In this document: one piece after another, positions 59,858 to 64,000 of the stretch
How the letters are laid out: every line of letters starts with the position of its first letter
Numbering within the stretch: the first letter of the stretch is position 1
NCBI GenBank assembly: GCA_963665815.1
Contig: OY762463.1
Coordinates: 3,232,001 to 3,296,000, forward strand
From: Candidatus Cloacimonadales bacterium
GTDB lineage: Bacteria > Cloacimonadota > Cloacimonadia > Cloacimonadales > JAIOQZ01
Direction of reading: 5' to 3'
Length of the DNA stretch: 64,000 nt
Translations under genes and position numbers: made by a program
The notes under the pieces: model-generated
The model's database searches: none
What the model was told of the DNA's origin: nothing
The model's input: the letters and a program-made list of their open reading frames with translations, nothing else

Positions 59858-61468
59858 ATGTTATTAGTACAGATGCAGAATATAAATTTCAGATATGAGA
59901 ACAAGCCGGAATCGATCTTTGAAAATTTATCATTAGATATCTATGATAGTTGTAAAGTTGGGTTAATTGGCAGAAATGGGGTTGGGAAATCTACTCTCGT
60001 AAAACTGATTCTGGGAGAAATCACTCCAAATCAAGGTTCCGTGCATAAAAATGATGATCTTGAAGTTGGTTACCTGGCGCAGGAAATTAGATATGATGAG
60101 GAGCAGATTGTCAGTGATTACTTCTGGTCAATAAACACTGAACTGAACTATGTAAGGTATAAATTAAAAGATCAGTCGAAATTAAACCAGAGTGAATTGA
60201 TAGAACTTATAGGAAAGTACGATGATTTGAATGGTTATGATTTCGAAATCCATATCGAGAAACATATCAGTCAATTTGATTTATCGGAATCCATATTAAA
60301 CCGAAATATCGGCAGCCTGAGTGGAGGAGAAAAGACTAAGATTGCTTTGATTCGTATTTTATTAAATAACCCAAACCTGATTCTTCTTGATGAGCCGACA
60401 AATCATCTGGATATCAACACATTGCAGTGGCTTGAAGTGTATCTGCAGAATCTGAAAATACCTTTCCTGATTATTAGCCATGATAGAAAGTTTTTAGATA
60501 ATTGTGTAAATGAAATCTGGGAAATTGAATCAGAAGAAATACATCGATACTCAGGTAATTATTCATTTTACAGGGAATCAAAGGAGCAGGACTTCCAAAG
60601 TAAGATGCACAATTTCGAGAGTCAGAAGAAAAAGATAAACAAGCTGAAAAAAGCTCTGGTTAAGAGAAGAAGTTGGTCTTTTCAGCATCAGGGGCAAACT
60701 GGAACGGAAGGGAATGCTCCAATATATGAGTCTGTTGGAAATCAGTCTAAGTCAGCAATGACTCGAGCAAAGGCGATTGAGTCACGTGTAATAAAAGAAA
60801 TTGAAAAAGCAGAAGCTGAAAAACCGTGGATTGAGAAGAAGAGAAGAATCATTTTCTCAAATAGTTCATTGAACTGTCGAGAAATACTGAAAGTCGAAAA
60901 CTTGTGTAAGAGCTTTTCAAATGAAGTCGTATTGGATAATCTGAGTTTCAGTATTAAGAATCATAGTCGTGTTTCTATTGAAGGTCTTAATGGAAGTGGG
61001 AAATCAACATTACTGAAAATACTCATTGGAAGCTTAGAACAGACCTCCGGTGAGTTTCAGTGGAATCCACAGGTTAAAATCGGATATTACAGTCAGGAAT
61101 TTGACCATCTTGATGACAAAAGGACTATAATTGAGGAAGTTCTTGATGGAATTGAATCTGATCAGACATTCTCTGAGCTTCAATCCCGAGCCAGGACAAT
61201 TCTGGGTTGTCTTAATCTGAGAAAAGACAAGGTTTACTATAAGATTTCTGAATTAAGTATAGGTGAAAAAAGTAAAGTAGCTCTGACTAAACTCATTCTT
61301 TCCGACTCGAATGTTCTGATACTTGATGAACCGGACAACCATCTGGAAATAGTTGCCAGAGAAGCTCTGGAAGATGCTTTATTGAACTATTCAGGATCTA
61401 TTATCTTCGTTTCTCATGACAGATATTTTGTGGAGAAGATAGCTACGGAGTCTGTAGGGTTGGATTAG
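59858..61468 (+). CDS. ABC-F ribosomal protection-like ATPase
   Basis: Two NBDs (GRNGVGKST, LSGGEK, LDEPTNHLD; GLNGSGKST, LSIGEK, LDEPDNHL), no TM segments, long interdomain linker. Confidence 0.9.
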   Translation: MLLVQMQNINFRYENKPESIFENLSLDIYDSCKVGLIGRNGVGKSTLVKLILGEITPNQGSVHKNDDLEVGYLAQEIRYDEEQIVSDYFWSINTELNYVRYKLKDQSKLNQSELIELIGKYDDLNGYDFEIHIEKHISQFDLSESILNRNIGSLSGGEKTKIALIRILLNNPNLILLDEPTNHLDINTLQWLEVYLQNLKIPFLIISHDRKFLDNCVNEIWEIESEEIHRYSGNYSFYRESKEQDFQSKMHNFESQKKKINKLKKALVKRRSWSFQHQGQTGTEGNAPIYESVGNQSKSAMTRAKAIESRVIKEIEKAEAEKPWIEKKRRIIFSNSSLNCREILKVENLCKSFSNEVVLDNLSFSIKNHSRVSIEGLNGSGKSTLLKILIGSLEQTSGEFQWNPQVKIGYYSQEFDHLDDKRTIIEEVLDGIESDQTFSELQSRARTILGCLNLRKDKVYYKISELSIGEKSKVALTKLILSDSNVLILDEPDNHLEIVAREALEDALLNYSGSIIFVSHDRYFVEKIATESVGLD

Positions 61469-61701
61469 GCGAAACAAGACATAAGCAACAGTATGAGAAC
61501 ACTGATTAATAGTATATCACTGGACTAATCATATCATTAATCCGGATTCTATTAAGTAACGTCGAAAGTTCATAAATATACCAAGCATTGCAATTCACTT
61601 AAGTTGTGATCTTTACAACTTTTCCTTGACACATAATTTACATAAATAAATTAGGTATTAATAAAGAAATAGTATTTTCTAAGAGAGAATACATAATAAA
61701 A

Positions 61702-61816
61702 AGAAGCATCCGCTTCTACCTTACGGTTCCGAGAGATACTTGTAAGGTCTGAAAGTATAAATAATAAAGTCGTATATTATATTTACTTATTAAGCGGGTC
61801 ATGTACCCGCTTTTTT
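61702..61816 (+). ncRNA. Ribosomal protein L20 leader with terminator
   Basis: AGAAGCATCCGCTTCT, CCTTAC..GTAAGG helix, terminator AAGCGGGT-catgt-ACCCGCTTTTTT; upstream of infC-rpmI-rplT. Confidence 0.8.
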
Positions 61817-61846
61817 GTTATTATATGAAACCATAAGGAGGTTCCC

Positions 61847-62443
61847 ATAATACGAATAAGAAGGGGAAAAGCAAAAACTAAAGCTGTTATCCCAAAAGAA
61901 AGAATTAACGAACAGATCAATGTTCAGGAAGTAAGACTTATTGATGAAAACAACGCTCAGGTTGGTGTTGTAGATATCAAAGAAGCATTGAAAAGAGCTT
62001 CAATTGCGAAACTCGACCTTGTTGAAGTGTCACCGAATGCAAAGCCACCGGTATGTAAGATACTGGATTTTGGAAAATATCATTATCAAAAAGAAAGAAA
62101 GGCTCGTGATGCCAAGAAAAAGCAGCATACTATGCAGCTTAAAGAAATTAAATTCGGACCAAATACTGAAGAGCATGACTATCAGTTTAAGCTGAAGAAC
62201 ACTTACAAATTCCTCAAACATCACGATAAGGTAAAACTTACCGTACGCTTCCGAGGAAGACAGCTTGCTCACAAAGAACTAGGTTATAATGTACTAAATA
62301 AGCTGAAAGAAGATCTAAAGGAAATTGCTGATGTAGATAAGGATATTTCTAACGAAGCAAGAACAATTTCCATGATTCTGTCCCCAAAAAATAATATCGA
62401 CAAAGTTATTGAAGCCTGGGCTGAAGAACATATAGAAAATTAA
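61847..62443 (+). CDS. infC: Translation initiation factor IF-3, non-canonical ATA start
   Basis: AAGGAGG SD then in-frame ATA ATA (61847/61850); RINEQI..EVRLID, DLVEVSPNAKPPVCKILDFGKY, KEIKF, FRGRQ. Confidence 0.93.
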   Translation: MIRIRRGKAKTKAVIPKERINEQINVQEVRLIDENNAQVGVVDIKEALKRASIAKLDLVEVSPNAKPPVCKILDFGKYHYQKERKARDAKKKQHTMQLKEIKFGPNTEEHDYQFKLKNTYKFLKHHDKVKLTVRFRGRQLAHKELGYNVLNKLKEDLKEIADVDKDISNEARTISMILSPKNNIDKVIEAWAEEHIEN

Positions 62444-62491
62444 TATAAAAATAAAGATAACATTCGAATATTGAACCGGAAGGAGGTACGA

Positions 62492-62686
62492 ATGCCTAAA
62501 ATGAAGACTAGAAGAGGAGCAGCTAAAAGATTCAAGCTGACCGGAACTGGAAAACTGAAAAGAAACCATGCTAACCATGGGCACATTCTCACCAAGAAAA
62601 CCAGAAAGAGAAAGAAATTCCTGCAAAAAGCAGATTTGGTAGCAACTGCGGATATGCCACGCGTACGCAAAATGCTCGGATTATAA
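62492..62686 (+). CDS. rpmI: 50S ribosomal protein L35
   Basis: [34 protein letters not shown]. Confidence 0.97.
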   Translation: MPKMKTRRGAAKRFKLTGTGKLKRNHANHGHILTKKTRKRKKFLQKADLVATADMPRVRKMLGL

Positions 62687-62722
62687 TACTGAAACAGAAT
62701 TGATTAAGAAAAGGAGAATACT

Positions 62723-63082
62723 ATGCCACGTTCGGTAAATAATGTTGCCCATAAGCAAAGAAAGAAAAAATACCTCAAGGCTGCCAAAGGTTACGTTGGT
62801 GGAAGAAGTAAATTATATGAAACAGCTCGTCAAGCCGTAGAAAAAGGCTGGCTCTATGCGTATCGCGATAGAAAAGCGAAAAAGAGAGAATTCAGGAAGT
62901 TATGGATTATCAGAATTAACGCCGGCGCAAGACTTAACGGTTTATCATACAGCAAATTAATGAATGGTTTACATAAAGCTGAAGTTGATGTGGACAGAAA
63001 AGTTCTGGCTCACCTTGCAGCACATGAACCTGAAGCATTTGCAAAATTCTGTGATATTGCTAAAGAACAATTATCTAATTAA
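62723..63082 (+). CDS. rplT: 50S ribosomal protein L20
   Basis: [27 protein letters not shown]. Confidence 0.98.
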   Translation: MPRSVNNVAHKQRKKKYLKAAKGYVGGRSKLYETARQAVEKGWLYAYRDRKAKKREFRKLWIIRINAGARLNGLSYSKLMNGLHKAEVDVDRKVLAHLAAHEPEAFAKFCDIAKEQLSN

Positions 63083-63134
63083 GACTTGCAAAAGTCTCTA
63101 ATTTAATTCTTAAAATAATATTACAGGGGATACC

Positions 63135-64000
63135 GTGAATACAAAAATACAGGAAATGATAAAAGCAGCTGAAACTGAAATCAATTCCGCAGATAATATC
63201 CATGATCTCATGCAGGTGAAATCAAGACATCTTGGAAAAAAGAGTGCGATTTCATCTCTCATGAGTGAAATGGGTAAGTTGGATAAATCAGAAAGACCTG
63301 CTTTTGGAAAAATGGTTAATGAAGCCAAAAAAGCAGTAGAGGAAATTCTTAAGAATCGTGAAAAATTCATTAAGGAAAACGAATACGAATCATCACTCGT
63401 AAAAGACAGTATTGATATTACCATGCCCGGCAGAAGACAGATGATCGGAGCATTGCATCCTATAACACAAGCCTTCAGAATTGTTGAGAATGTACTTATT
63501 GAAATGGGTTTTGAAGTTGCAGAAGGTTTTGATGTTGAAGATGAATATCATAATTTTGATGCTCTGAATACTCCGCAGGATCACCCTGCCCGTGAATTAT
63601 CCGATACATTCTATATCACAGATAATACACTGCTCAGAACTCAGACATCTACTGTTCAGATCAGAGTGATGGAAAAATTCGCACCTCCTATCTACATCAT
63701 CTCCCCCGGAAGATGCTATAGAAACGATAACGATGCTTCTCATTCCCCTGCCTTTCACCAGATTGAAGCACTGGTAATAGATGAAGGTATATCATTTATT
63801 GATCTGCGTGATTTCCTGAACATTTTTGTTAAAAAACTATTTGGAAATAATATAGAATCCCGAATCAGACCTCATTTCTTTCCATTTACAGAACCAAGTG
63901 CAGAAATTGATATGCAATGTGTAAAATGCGGTGGAAAGGGTTGTAATGTCTGTAAAAACAGTGGTTGGCTGGAACTTGGCGGAACCGGAATGGTTGACCC
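63135..64000 (+). CDS. pheS: Phenylalanine-tRNA ligase alpha subunit (3'-truncated)
   Basis: GTG start; HNFDALN..DHPAR..DTFY, LLRTQTS.VQIR, PGRCYR, FPFTEPSAE; runs off the window. Confidence 0.95.
   Translation, partial: MNTKIQEMIKAAETEINSADNIHDLMQVKSRHLGKKSAISSLMSEMGKLDKSERPAFGKMVNEAKKAVEEILKNREKFIKENEYESSLVKDSIDITMPGRRQMIGALHPITQAFRIVENVLIEMGFEVAEGFDVEDEYHNFDALNTPQDHPARELSDTFYITDNTLLRTQTSTVQIRVMEKFAPPIYIISPGRCYRNDNDASHSPAFHQIEALVIDEGISFIDLRDFLNIFVKKLFGNNIESRIRPHFFPFTEPSAEIDMQCVKCGGKGCNVCKNSGWLELGGTGMVD

Noticed and set aside
813-63584. Numerous 60-170 aa ORFs overlapping larger genes
   Set aside because: Antisense or alternate-frame shadows of well-supported genes, without motifs.
1-64000. 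CRISPR array, cas genes, tRNA or rRNA
   Set aside because: No regularly spaced repeats, cas motifs, cloverleaf or rRNA signatures seen by eye.

Overview
A low-GC (roughly 35% by eye) bacterial chromosomal window. Gene content, especially several secreted proteins ending in a FlgD-Ig/T9SS-like 'YPNPFNP...IYNIKGQKV...SGVYF' domain, suggests Candidatus Cloacimonadota; this is inference. The backbone is housekeeping: nagZ-like GH3, a two-component/HDOD module, lpxH, two cyclophilins, purC, lnt, recJ, RNase P RNA, nadC, comM/yifB, uppP, holA, era, queE, etfA, dtxR-feoBAC, an aroD-aroE fusion, xerC, and infC-rpmI-rplT-pheS with an L20 leader. Accessory material: (i) an island after comM (about 28.4-37.3 kb) with a stand-alone HEPN-motif protein, a tandem Ros/MucR-N-like microprotein, a 1219-aa SIR2 (DSR-like) protein and an arsR-permease-CMD unit; (ii) an attenuator-controlled ARE-type ABC-F next to an internally deleted pseudogene. 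The most unexpected signal is non-coding. Two copies (55 bp and about 381 bp) of a transposase-less element share ATCCCCCCG/CGGGGGGAT ends. Each copy is flanked by its own 15-19 bp target-site duplication, and each has its C6 run 24-25 nt from a TTGACA -35 box. Other REP-like repeat families and a possible leader-peptide attenuator upstream of nadC were also seen. No CRISPR array, rRNA, tRNA, reverse transcriptase or transposase was recognised.
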